64,000 nucleotides of DNA, taken from NCBI RefSeq assembly GCF_006345805.1, contig NC_043003.1, positions 79,236,001 through 79,300,000 on the forward strand. The letters are read 5' to 3'. The notes beneath the pieces are model-generated. The model was not told the DNA's origin and did no database searches. It saw only the letters and a list, made by a program, of their open reading frames with translations. Origin of the DNA: Octopus sinensis (Eukaryota). The stretch's first letter is position 1, and each line of letters starts with the position of its first letter. Both the position numbers and the translations under genes were made by a program. Below, piece after piece: positions 51,196 through 64,000 of the stretch.

Positions 51196-52321
51196 TGTGT
51201 GTGTGTATGTATCAATCATCATTTAATCGCTGTTTTCCACTACATATACATATTCATATATAATCAATATTTTTATAAATCAAGCAAGCACCTGTAGTAA
51301 CACAGTGAAACTTACAAAAATTTATATATATATATATATACAAATGTATAGATATGTGTATGTGTCGATATAGATATGTATAGGTGTGTAAGTGCATGCG
51401 TGTGTGTGTGTGTGTGTGTGAGTATTCTGTCAAAGCTGATCAGTCACTCCATCAGAACAGAGAATGAATCAACAGCTTCAAATAAAAAATACAAACTCTA
51501 CTAAAATTGAGTATTTTTTTTCCTCCTGAGCCCAATGTGTGTGTGTGTGCATGTGTGCATGTGCTTGCGTGTGTACACTCACATCACACACATATGAACA
51601 AAACAGTAAAGATGAAAACGAAAGTTTCAGTGATTCATAAACACTCTAGAGACAGTGTCATCATCATCGTCGTCATCATCATCATCATCATCATCGGTCA
51701 ATAATGACATCACAGATAAAAGACTGCTAAAAGAATAAATGCACGGATTACTGAAAGGAAAAATAAAAGAATAAAAGAGGGAAAGGAAAGGAAAGAGAAA
51801 GCTGATAGAGAAATAAGGTTTGACTACAATTAAAAAAAGTCTTGAATTCTAAGCATAGGCATTCTTCAAGAGGCGTCTGTCTTCCTCCACATGACCAGCT
51901 CGATGTCTCAGATGAAAGTCATATACATAGCCAGTAACCTAGTAATAAAAGAGAGAGAGAGAATATATATACACATTGCCAAAAAATATATGTGAGTGAG
52001 TGAGAGTGAGTGTGATTCAAACAATATATATGTTATCCAAATGTTATAATTTACTCTTCCCCAAACCCACACAACGGTGTTACTGCCGCGAAACCACGGT
52101 TTTCTACACTATAATCCAGTGAAGTGAGCCCAGGATTAACCCATCGGATAAATTAGACTGGGACTGCTTACCTCAAGTAGGCTTAGGTACTCCTTTACAA
52201 CTGAATGCGGTTAGCCATAACCTGGATTATGACTGAATGGCCTAACAGGATCCACCTGGATATTTTATCCCTATCTATTCACTACACACATACCCCTATA
52301 TAATTAATATAAACTGCTAGC

Positions 52322-52563
52322 TGCAATATAATACCTATTTCTTTACTACCCACAAGGGGCTAAACACAGAGGACAAACAAGGACAGACAAATGGATTAAG
52401 TCGATTATATCGACCCCAGTGCGTAACTGGTACTTATTTAATCGACCCTGAAAGGATGAAAGGCAAAGTCGACGTCGGCGGAATTTGAACTCAGAATGTA
52501 GCGGCAGACAAAATACCACTAAGCATTTCGCCCGGCGTGCTAACAATTCTGCCAGCTCGCCGT
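52322..52563 (-). mobile_element. SINE family B
   Basis: Matches 19203-19423. Confidence 0.8.
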
Positions 52564-52904
52564 CTTCTATATAATTCTCTATAATAGCTGCAATATAATA
52601 CCATAAAGGTAAAATTGAATTGTCACTAAGTGTAACTAAGGATGCCGAAGCACCAACATTGCTAGAAATAAGAATGAAAAAACTCAACGTTGTAAGAATA
52701 ACACAATATACACACATAATTGTATGCATAGTCATACTTAGTGACAAATTTTTCCTTTATGGCATTACATTGCGCTTGGCTGTTTATATTATGTGGTCAG
52801 ATGGAATTAGCCAAACCATCGACCGTTTGAGCAGTCACAGTGTGATTTGTGAGAGGAGGTGCATGAGTCGTGTAGACTTGGTCAACCATCAGAGAACTCA
52901 CAGG

Positions 52905-53280
52905 AATCATCATCATCATCATCATCATCGTTTAACGTCCGCTTTCCATGCTAGCATGGGTTGGACGGTTCGACCGGGGATCTGGGAAGCCAGAAGGCTG
53001 TGCCAGGCCCAGTCTGATCTGGCAGTGTTTCTATAGCTGGATGCCCTTCCTAACGCCAACCACTCCGTGAGTGTAGTGGGTGCTTTTTACATGCCACCTG
53101 CACAGGTGCCAGACGAGACTGACAAATGGCCACGATCGAATGGTGCTTTTTACGTGCCACCGGCACAGGTGCCAGACGAGGCTGGCAATGGCCACAATCG
53201 GATGGTGCATTTTACGTGCCACTGGCACGGAGGCCAGTCGGGGCGGCACTGGCAACGGTCATGTTCGGATGGTTCTCTTT
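52905..53280 (-). mobile_element. RTE-tail SINE-like repeat with internal tandem units
   Basis: (CAT)n-TTTAACGTCCGCTTTCCATGCTAGCATGGG end plus repeated GGTGCTTTTTACGTGCCACCGGCACAGG units; family of 30410-30806. Confidence 0.75.
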
Positions 53281-55029
53281 ATGGTAAATAGTGATATGGC
53301 TATTGTTCACAACAGAAAATGTGCAACATGTGGAAAGGTGTCTCTCTCAGTTGGAGGATAGAAAAAGAAATGTCAAAAGAGTTCATTCTGTGGCACCTGT
53401 TTCTTCTGCCAGCCAGTACAGCTGTGCATTATGCAATAGAATGTGCAAATCTTTCACCAGGATCAAGAGCCATACAAAGGCCTCACATTGCATCGACAAT
53501 GACTCATTTCGGTGATTATTTCTAGCAATGGCTTTGCTCATATATGAGAAAGTAGCTGATATATATGTGTGTGAGTGCGTGTGTTTGTTTGTCTACACCC
53601 ACTGAACATTGCTCAATCTCAGGCAGTGATGTTATTATTTTCCTGTGAATGGGTCATCTACTGGCTTTGAACATTCAAAGAAGTGTGGAATTAGACACAC
53701 CTTAATTGAAAAACAGGTAAGGTTAGTGACAGAAGGGGCATCTGGCTGTAAGACAATACCTCTGGAAATATACACATTTAAGTCATACTAGAAAGGGAAA
53801 TGGAGGTAAAAACAAACAAATATTTATAATTGTTTATGCAGCTCTCAGACAATCAGATATGCTTAAATATACCTCAAAATGGCAAAAAAAAAAAAAAAAG
53901 AGCAGTTAAGTTGTTCAATGAAGGAAAGTTTTACTTTACATGGATAGAAGTAAGTGTTGAGGACAAAGAAGTGTATCTGGTAGCAGAAACACCTACCCCA
54001 ATAAGTCTTATCTGACTGGTGCTATCATAAAAAAAATTGGACATTAAAACATTTGAGTTTACAAAGTATAATTCATACCAACACCTTTTGTACATTTGCA
54101 AAGGCATTGGCTGACCTGGTGCTATAAAAGAAAACACTTACCCAAGGTGCTGTAATGTAGGACTGAACTCATGGTTCAGAAGCAAGCTGCTTAATCACAC
54201 AGTCACATCAGTGACTGTACGTACGTGTACATGCTCACACTAACGAGTGTTCAATTTCCCTGCTTATTTTCCTCTTACGAAATATTTTCTATGGTACTAT
54301 GTCACCAATACTTATCTATGAAGATTGTGCAAGGATAAAGATACATGGTTACGTGTGTTGAATTGAGAGGAGTATCAGTAATAACAACATAGATTCTTAC
54401 CCTGTGCCTGTGCCGGAACAGTGTGAGTACTCCAAGGACTGCCAGTGTAGCCAAAGCTATCCAACTGTAAAACATTACCATACTTAATGGTTCGAAAGAT
54501 TCATTCTTTTTGTTGAAAAAACGGTGAGGATTCTTCTCCCAGAAATTATTGCCGGCCACTATGAAAGAAAGAGAAACAAAATTGTAAATAATTATTACGA
54601 CATCCTTTCTCTTACCAGATTTCCCTCTCCTCTCCCCGAGTCGTTAACCCATTTGTAATCAAGAGATCCCACCCAGGTTGTCTTCAATGCCAGCTGATAT
54701 TCTTGCCTAAGGAATGAAGGTGATAAACTAAGTAATGATTCAAGTGGAAGTTTTTGAATCATTTAATCTAAAAGGGCTAACTTAAAGAACGGACATGTTT
54801 TGGATTTATTATATCTCCTCAGTGAAGTATATTGGACAAGAAGAAAAAACAATCAGTGTGTGTGTGTGTGTGTGTGAAGTGATTATTGTTAGGAAAAGTA
54901 TCCATAGAAACCATAGTGGAGTAGAATGCTGCTCTTAGGCCTTGCAGAACCTGTTAAACCATGCAACGTATGCTGACATGGAAGATGGACACTGAAATAT
55001 AATGGTGATGATGACACATACACACACTG

Positions 55030-55063
<34 letters not shown>

Positions 55064-55070
55064 TTACAAA

Positions 55071-55103
<33 letters not shown>

Positions 55104-57267
55104 GATATAAGCACAAAATCAAATACACATACACAAAGTGTGTGTTGTTAGTTCATATTTGAATACACACACACACACACACAGACAATGGATTTTTTAC
55201 ATTTACCATCCACCAAAGTCACTTTTACAAGGTATTAGTTGGTCCAGGGCTGTGGTAGAAGGCACTTGCCCAAAATGCTGTGCAAGGAGGTGGACCTAGA
55301 ACAATGTAGCTGCAAAGCAAACTTGTTGACCATGTAACCATGCCCAAGCCTGGTCGAGAGAGTCACAGCTGGAATACTTTTGATCATAAAGTCTGTCCAA
55401 TCAGAGCTGTCCTAGGGCTAAACAAGATGAGGTTATTATATGTTATTGTTTAACCCAAGATTAACACTGATTGAACAGAGTCAGAGACAATCAGTGTCTA
55501 ATCTTTTTTTTATCCCATACTGTGCACCCAGAACAACAATATCCAAAGGTGTCCTTCTTTTCTAAGATAATAGGGTAGATACTCACTGGATATTTGTCTG
55601 CAATTTCTAGACTGTTGAATGACTATATACAACAGGCATGGGCAATCTTTTTTTAAGAAACAGGTCAAATGACTATGACACATGGCTCATCATCAGGTAT
55701 CACCATCATAAAAAATTTTTTTAAATTCAAGGTAACTTTTCATTGACATGCCGTTCAGAAAGTCTTGAAGGTTGCAGTTTGCCCATGATTGATGCAAAAG
55801 CTCCCTCATTGGATCACCACTTATAGACTGTTATTATAATAAATCATGACACTTCAATAGACAAACATTAGACTTTTATCTAATTGTATCTCAAACACCA
55901 GCTTGAACAATCATCCAGTTAACACAAATACAAGGCCTTTGGTTGCGCATTTGTAGAATTTTCCATTCTGTTATAAGCATTTGAGCCAAGTTTCCAATTT
56001 GGGAATGATTTTCTCCCAGTAGTCTTGGAGAACCTGAAAAGGTTCATAAACATTGCCCTTCCTCCTGACAAAGCAAAATAAATAAGTAAATTTTAAAAAG
56101 TTATGTTATTCTCTACCTTTCCCTTGTCCTCCAAATTCTTAAATATTTTGCAAATTAATTGAAACATGTAAATTAAGAATTTATTCTTGGTTAGTGTTAA
56201 AGACAATTAGAGAGGATTAGAGAAACAACAGCATGGAAACAGTTTAGATGAACTCTTTAGCATTTAAACTGGCTGGCTATATCTGATGTAAGAATTCTAC
56301 CTATTTTGTATTTAAACCAACCTCTCATACCCACCCTGTAATGACATTCTAAAAAAATAAACAGTTACATCATCAAAATCTCACGAGCTGAGATAATGCA
56401 TGATTAATTCCAAACAATGTGAATAAATAAGAATTACATTTGACAGAGTAACCTGAATGCTAAATGGGTAAAGACGAAGATGAGTTAGAAAGTTGAAAGG
56501 CAATGGGAGTTATAGATAAATAGAAACAAGAAAGAATTTGTAAGACAGATCCGATAAGTCATTGACACAGACAGACAGACAGACAAACATATAGGGTATC
56601 AAGCTGATAAACAATAATAGACAACAAACAGACACATAAGCAAGAAAAAAACATATATGCTATACAACAGGTGGCATCATCAGGAAAGATATCCATGCTG
56701 GTTAACATTGCTTCAATGACTGGGAACAATATAGTATAGCTGTTAGCATCAATAATTATAATATAGCAGTTAATGTTAATATAAATAAACTCAGCTATTA
56801 GCAGTTAGCTAATGGAATTTTATTTTCTATTTGTTTATCTTATGAAGAATTGAGGTATTTTAGTAGAAAATATTTTTTTGCTTAGGTTAGTATAATTTGA
56901 AATATCACCCCATTAACATGATTTATAAAATCACAAAGGATAATACCACACAGTTAATATATTTTATATCATGCAATTTAGTATAATCTAATTATTTTGG
57001 AATATCATCTAGGCTCTTGAGTTTGGTGAAGCAATTGACAACAATTTGCAAATCCAACATTAGGGAACTTTGATTATTTGCCAATCATGAACACACACAT
57101 GTGAAATAGACTTATACCCATCAGGAAATGGGATAAGCAACTGTTTGTGAATACTAAGTCTGTTCCTCCTGTGAAGTGTACCACTCAATATAGACTAGTA
57201 GTCAGTTACTGCAGGATTAAGAGTTAATCAGATTTACAGACTTAGAATGATCTGGAGAAGGAATGTA

Positions 57268-58156
57268 CAAGATGATATCAAAATGTTCCTGGACTAGTTC
57301 TGTAGCGTACCAACAAATGGCAGCACACGGTTGTGTGTGCACAGTGAGAAATAGCAGTGATCTTCATGAGGCAGTGTGCCAAGTGACATTGTTGTGTTTA
57401 CTTAAATTTGTGTTATTGTGATTACATGTATACTGAAGGCTGCAATTTTGTCATGGACAGGAACAAAGAGCCAATATGAAATTTTGCATTAGACTTGGGA
57501 AGCCTGCTACAGAGACATTGAGCATACTTGGGCAAGCTTATGGCGATGAGGCAATGGGTCATACACAATGTTTCTAGTGGCACAGGTGATTCAAAAGTAG
57601 AAGAAAATCCCTAGAAGGCGTTGAACTATCAGGAAGCCCTGCCACAAACATCACTCCCAAAAAATGGTATTGTGCATCAAGAATTTGTACCCCCCCCCCT
57701 TCCCGGACCAGACCATCAATCAAAAGTTCTACTGTGACATTTTGAAGTGATTGAGGGAAGATATTTGGTGAAAGCAACCATATCTGTGGAGTGTGAAGAA
57801 TTGGATTCTTCACTGAGCTCTCTTCACTCATGCGTTTCTTGCTAAAAACAACATGGTATTGCTTCTGCACCCAACCTATTCACCTGTGGACTTCCATCTC
57901 TTCCCCTAGATGAAAATGCAACTCAAAGGTCGCTGTTTTAACACCATTATCGAGATCCAGAGTGAATGGCAGAAGGTCCTCAACTGACTTACGGTAAACG
58001 ACTTTCAGGCTGGGTTAAAAAAGTGGTAGGAATGCTGGGACTGGTGAAGTGCTGCGCAAGTTGACTATTTCGAAGAAAATGATGTTAAAACTTAAGTAAA
58101 TAAGCTATTTTTTTCATTAAACATAACTAGTCCAGGAACCTTTTGATACCATCTTA
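57268..58156 (+). mobile_element. Internally deleted mariner transposon
   Basis: TA-flanked 32-bp TIRs (C/T)AAGATG(A/G)TATCAAAA(T/G)GTTCCTGGACTAGTT; decayed EQRANMKFCIRLGKPATETLSILGQAYGDEAM..F.W...FKS.R N-terminus and VHQEFV...HPTYSP..DFHLFP C-terminal pieces. Confidence 0.88.
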
Positions 58157-58799
58157 TATGTAAGCTGAAAGATTTCTCTGCAGATGTAGACTGAAAGAAG
58201 TACTAGGTGACAAATACATCCAAAAGGAGGAGGAGGAGTCAGACTTATAGAGAACAGTTCACATTTTTTACAGGATAAAATGCAAGTTACAGACAAGATC
58301 TGAAGATGAAACAAAGTTAACATGATGGTAGGATGATTGACACAGTAGCTAGAGTCATAGAGGCTAAGAGTTAGCTCAGGAAAGACTTTGGAAGATGGTA
58401 AGAAAAGAGAAGTTAGATGTCAGGTATAAGTAGCATGAAGAAAAGCTGAAAGTAAGAAGTCTGGCAATGTTCATTGACAGAGAATCAGTGAAATGAAGCA
58501 TTCTGGGCTGCAAAGTATTGTGTCAGTGCAAATTAAACTATTGTTGAGGAAAAGTGGGTACAGAATGATAGCAGCACACACATGAACATGCTATTACAAG
58601 AAGTTGTGTATCCAGCCACAGAAACCAAACCAAAACAGACCGGAGCATGGTAAAGCTCTCCAGCTCCAGTCAAACCATCTAATCCATGCCAGCATGGAAA
58701 ATGGATGTATGATGATGATGACAAGAGAATACATGGGAGGGAAGGGCTACTTGAAATAAAGAAATTAGTGGGAATAGCTACTGAAATTGACAACTGAAA

Positions 58800-59400
58800 T
58801 GGTCAAAAGCCTGATTAAGGGTAAGAGTGCAGGGGAGGCAGCTGGACCATGAGGGACAGTTGCTGAAATGATGAAAATATCTACAAAATTAGAGTATGCA
58901 TAATTGAATATGTATTCAATCAGGTGGTATAGGAAGGTGTCATACTCAATGACTGGCATAACAGTATCATTAACTGCAACAAGAAAAAACAAAAGGTTGT
59001 TGAGAGAAGCATCTATAGAGGCATCAAGTGGATGAACCAGGTTATGAGAGTAATAGAAAGTGCTAGAGCAGAATTGATTAGGAAGAGAATTGAATTAGAT
59101 GAAATCCTCTCTGGGATCGTGTCAGAATGAGGTACTACAGATGATCTCTTCCGAGTGGGGTAACTACAACAGAACAAGCTACTTAGCATTTATTCATTTA
59201 GAGGAGGCTTTAACAGGGTACCAAGCTCTAGAATCTGGTAGTTGCTAACAAAACTAAATGTAGTTAAAAGATTTGTAAGAGTCACAGGTGAGAGTTAGCA
59301 ATGAGTTCACTGAGGAATTTAATCTGCAGGTAGGTGTCCAACAGGGTATGGTTCTCAGCCCCTCTCTGTGTAAGATCTCTAGGCTATAATAGAGGATCTT
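58800..59400 (+). mobile_element. Heavily decayed RTE-clade reverse transcriptase fragment
   Basis: Residual YRGIK..NQVMRVIE..IRKRIELDE..GTTD..AFIHLEEA..RVP..W..QVGVQQG.VLSP motifs across frameshifts. Confidence 0.65.
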
Positions 59401-60529
59401 AAATTTGATCATACATGGGACATCCTATATTCTCATGATCAGGTTCTCAAAGCTGATTCTGTCAAAGGTACCAGGTATGGAGATGATGATGATGATGATG
59501 ATGACAATGATGATAGTAATTAGTATAATTTTAAATACCACCCAGTTAGTAGAATTTAAAACATCACAAACGCTGGTTAATTTTGGCAAGTTTTGTTTTG
59601 TTGTTGTTTAACTGAATTACTAAATGTCCTGATAGTCTAGATAATTCATAGTTTCATCTAAAGAAAAGGAAATTACAAAGGTAAAATCATTGAGTGGGCA
59701 AGGTAAAAGATTGTAAGCCTGTGTACCATAGGTTCAAATCCACAACAAGCATTTAGTTACTTTCTAGAGAGGAAACTTAATTTCACATTCTGATCTATGT
59801 AGATAGGTAATAAGTATGCTTATTTTTTCTTGGAAAGTTACTTAAAAATAACATGGGTGTGGGGTTAAGAAGTTTGCTTTACAAACTCATGGTTCAGGGT
59901 TCAATCTCACTACACAACACCATGGCTAAATGTCATCTACCATAACCCTTGAGTTGGCCTTGTGGGTGGAACTAGATAGACAGAAACTATGAAGGGGTCC
60001 ACTGCCTGCATATGGGCATGTGTACATGTCTTTCAGTCATGCACATCGCTAAAAGTAGACATGAGCAAGTAAACTGAAGCAAATAGTGATTTCAAATATA
60101 AATACCTTGTGGTATTTGTTCTGCCTGAATTGCAAAGGCAGTACTTTGTCCCTATTTTTGTCAATATTTTGGTGCATTGGTAATCAGCACATTGAAAATC
60201 AGTAACCAACAGAACAATTGTTTACAAAAAGCATCATATAGCATCTTGACCATGGGAGAGATAATCTTGCTTTGTTTTATTACAAATAAACCAGAGTAGA
60301 GCACATTGGTCCCAAGATCATCGTGATTTGTTGAAAAATTAAATTAAATTGGGAGAGAGAGAGATTCCCATTTAAAATATTATCTGATTGTCTAAGCTGA
60401 CAGGTGAAACTCAAAATCCCATTTAATTTGAACTTTACAATAAATTTGACTCTACTTTTCAGTACTGAGTCAGTCACCCAATCAATAAATGTTCTGTTCT
60501 TATTCTTAAAATAACTTTAACATTTAAAG

Positions 60530-61022
60530 CAGTGATTCTCAACTGGGGTCCATATGACCCCTAAGGGGCTGTATAAGATTTTTGGAGGTCCACGCAATGA
60601 AATAGTAAATTGTGGATGGGGATCCACAATAGTATTTTAAGAGCCCCTGAAAAGATTTTGCTTCAGATATATGGATTGGTAGGTATTGCAAGAAACAGCA
60701 AGGCTTCTTTCTCAAATGTTTTACATAGTCCACACAATGTAGGATTTTTGAAAGAAGTTTCTATAAAACTAGTTTTTTAAACATAAAATGGCTATGGGGA
60801 TCCACCATAGGGGTCCATAGATATAAAGAAAATGGTTGAGAACCCCTGAACTAAACCTTTAAAGTTAGTTCCCTCGTATGTCTGCATTCCAATGTCTGAA
60901 GCAAGTAAGAGTTATGTTACTTGTAAATATATATTATCTAAGACATCGAATGGCTATGGGGGTCCACCAGAATAAAATAGTAATCAAAGGGGTTATGGAT
61001 AAAAAATGGTTGAGAACCCCTG
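60530..61022. mobile_element. hAT-type MITE with a duplicated 3' terminus
   Basis: CAGTGATTCTCAAC start; GTTGAGAACCCCTG at both 60835-60848 and 61009-61022; ATTTAAAG before and ATTTAAAA after the second end (7/8 match, 8-bp TSD). Confidence 0.75.
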
Positions 61023-62239
61023 ATTTAAAATATCAACTATGATCAGGACTGTGACAGGGTTTTAAAAAAAAATAAACAAAAAATAAATAAATGGAAACAA
61101 ACCTCAACAGCCTATAGTTATATGCATGTATATGTGTGTGTGTATGTGGGGTCACTATGTGTATGTGTGTGTATGTAGATGTGTATGTCTTGTGTTGTTA
61201 CTTACTCTTGGCCCCAGCCAGTGCTCCTAATGAAATATCAAAGTGGTGTGCACTCATCAGCATTTGTTTTCCTGCATGTTTTTCAGTCAGACCTGCACAA
61301 CATAAAGAAGTGACACAATACACAAAGGGCTCATTATCCTTCCTAAATGTTCTAATTCTTAACACATGGTGGGAAGGGGGGGTTGGTTTGGCAATTTACA
61401 TAGAGACAAACCCACATAAACGAACGTTAGCTACTCGTCAAAACACCCACAGCAGACAAGAGCAATGGAAACACAGATCATGACAACAACAACAACAAAA
61501 GTACAAACAAGCACAAATATTACAGTAGTAAGTACAGCTTTGGTTATGTGGTTAAGAGGATTCTTACCCAAACACAATTTTAAGTTCAATTCTACTTTGT
61601 GGTATTTCAGGCAAGTGTCTCTTATAGCCTCAAGTTGACCAAAAAATTGTAAGACAGTAACTGAGTGGAAACCCAACAGATGGCTTATGTGAGGGTTGGA
61701 CAGAAAGTAATTCAAAAGTGGGCAAAATTTTTCTTTTTTTTAACTGATACAAGTTGTTTGAATTGCCCATGTTTATAGAGTAATTCTAAGTCTATACAAA
61801 GGTAATACTCAACACAGTCTTCATTACAAATAATGCATTTGTGCCTTTGTTGAATCTAACTCCTGCATCCTCAGCATTTAACATCCATTTTCTATGCTGG
61901 CATGGGTTGAACAGTTTGACTGAAAACTGGTAAATTGGAGAGCTGCACTAGGCTCCAATCTGATTTGGCATGGTTTCAACGGCAGGATGTCCTTCCTATT
62001 GCCAACCAGTCCAAGAGTGTAGTGGGTGCTTTTTACATGTCACTGGCACAGATGCCAGTTATGCAACATTAGCATCAGCAACGACTACAATTTCATTTGG
62101 CTTGACAGGTCTTCCCAAGCACAGAATATCACCAATGGTTTCGGTCATTTGTCACTGCCACATGAAGCCCAGCGTTCAAATGATGCTTTTTACATGCCAG
62201 TTGTGCGACACTGACATTAGCCACAACTAAGATTTCACT

Positions 62240-63610
62240 TGTGGCTGGCCAATACCAGGAGTACACTGTTGTAGCCAATTCTTCATAGCCATTTTCAATT
62301 TATCTGTGTCATCAATTATCTTCAAAGACTGTCCTTCATTGGACCAAACAGGTGAAAGTCAGAGGTTGCCAGATCCAGGTAGTCTGATGTACAGCAGATG
62401 GGACCCACTTAAGTAGCTTAATTTGTTGATTGTCTGCCAATGGATTTGTGTAGTAGTGCATTGCTTTAGTGAATGAGGATTGTTTTCAGATTCTTGTTTG
62501 GTCTCTTCCTCCTGATGGATTCTCAAAGCTTTTTGGAGTGTCTCAAAGTACCGCTCACTGTTCACAATGCACCCACATTCAAGAAAACCAAGGAGTATGA
62601 TGCTTTTGTGATCCCAAAAGAACAGCAACTATGATTTTCTGTGCCAATCAATGGCACTTGAACTTCTTGGGTCTCAGAAAAGAACCTTCATTTTTGGATA
62701 AGATAGGTGCAGGAGTGGCTGTGTGGTAAGTAGCTTGCATACCAGCCAAATGGTTCCAGGTTCAGTCCCACTGCATGGCACTTTGGGCAAGTGTCTATTA
62801 CTATAGCCTTGGGCCAACCAAAGCCTTGTGAGTGGATTTGGTAGATGAAAACTCAAAGAAGCCCGTCGTATATATGTATATATATGTGTGTGCATGTGTA
62901 TGTTAGTGTGTCTATGTTTGTCCCCCTAGCATTGCTTGACAACCGATGCTGGTGTGTTTACGTCGCCGTCACTTAGTGGTTCAGCAAAAGCACCCGATAG
63001 AATAAGTACTGGGCTTACAAAGAATAAGTCCTGCGGTTGATTTGCTCAACTAAAGGTGGTACTCCAGCATGGCCAGTCAGATGACTGAAACAAATAAAAG
63101 AAATTATATGCTTGGATTTTGTCTCTTGTCACCTGATTTTTAAAAACAAGTCTACATTGGTACCAAATGCTTCTGGCAGATCAGAGTAGAGTTCTAACCT
63201 TCTCTACTCCAAGTTGAGTGTCAACTACTAAGGTACCACTTAGAATATACTTTCTGGTTCCCATAGTGTTCCACCATCTTCTGTAAAGCATTGTTACTAT
63301 ATTCCAGCTGTGCACCTGGCTCACAAATTGCGAATTAACTGTCTTCGTAAATCAACCCCTCCACTCATTGGCAAGTCATATCAGTAGTCACAGCTTAGAG
63401 TCTTCCATTGCATGGTTTCCCATTCTTTAAACTTCTTTATCAGTTTGTACACATAGCTCTAGTCAATGGTGTCATCTCTGTAAATGACCGGCAGCCTTCT
63501 GTAAATGTCAGACAGCCTGCAAGCCTCCTTAATGAGGAACTCAGCACATTGCTCCTGCGATGTCACTATGGAGAAAGAGCTACTCTACCAACATGCGCAA
63601 TTTGAATGAT
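62240..63610 (-). mobile_element. Decayed mariner transposon interrupted by a SINE
   Basis: N-terminal EFLIKEACRLSDIYRRLPVIYRDDTID.SYVYKLIKKFK (about 63400-63570), catalytic FFWDHKSIILLGFLE..VNSERYFETL (62359-62628) and DLATSDFHLFGPMKDSL (about 62340-62385); SINE family A at 62707-63102. Confidence 0.8.
62707..63102 (+). mobile_element. SINE family A inserted into a mariner
   Basis: Matches 31317-31735. Confidence 0.85.
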
Positions 63611-64000
63611 CCATGTCAGTTAATAAAAAAAGTTATGCCCACTTTAGCAATCATCATCATCATCATTTAACGTCCGTTTTCTCATGCTGGCATGGAATGG
63701 ACAGTTTGACCAGAGCTGGCATGCAGGGGAGCTGCACCAGGTTCCAGTTTGATTTAGCTTGGTTTCTATGGCTGGGCACTCTTCCTAACACCAACCACTT
63801 TACAGAGTGGGCTAGGTACATTTTATGTGGCACCAGCACAGGTGTTTTTATGTGACGCCAGCACAGGTGCTATTATGTGGAGCTGACATGGAAGCTTTGG
63901 ACATATCTTTTGTAGTATTGCATATTGCTTAAAGATGCAACATCTCTGTGAGCTATACCCTCTTCCACAGGTTCCACTAATTCAGGGTGTTTGACCATTT

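Noticed and set aside
54240-54580. Possible further Tc1/mariner remnant
   Set aside because: Too decayed to define motifs or ends with confidence.

Overview
AT-rich, repeat-dense animal genomic DNA. The abundant SINE families and (TA)n/(CA)n/(TATG)n microsatellites look like an octopus or other cephalopod intron/intergenic region; this is an inference from repeat content. Best-supported genes: the terminal coding exon of an AA15-type lytic polysaccharide monooxygenase with a hydrophobic C-terminal tail (8141-8349, +) and a tRNA-Arg(CCT) gene (38699-38771, +). Mobile DNA dominates: an apparently intact IR/DR-type Tc1 (DD34E) element, several decayed mariners, a decayed Helitron Rep, Penelope-like remnants with hammerhead-like motifs, RTE and CR1 fragments, piggyBac/hAT/Merlin-like MITEs and many SINEs. 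The most unusual observations are (i) an LTR followed by a 41-nt antisense copy of tRNA-Trp and a second LTR terminus, all inside one 4-bp TSD; (ii) a high density of fold-back/snap-back palindromes; and (iii) two diverged tandem copies of a GPCR-like coding segment. Most short ORFs in the supplied track are microsatellite translations. All coordinates and identities were read by eye.
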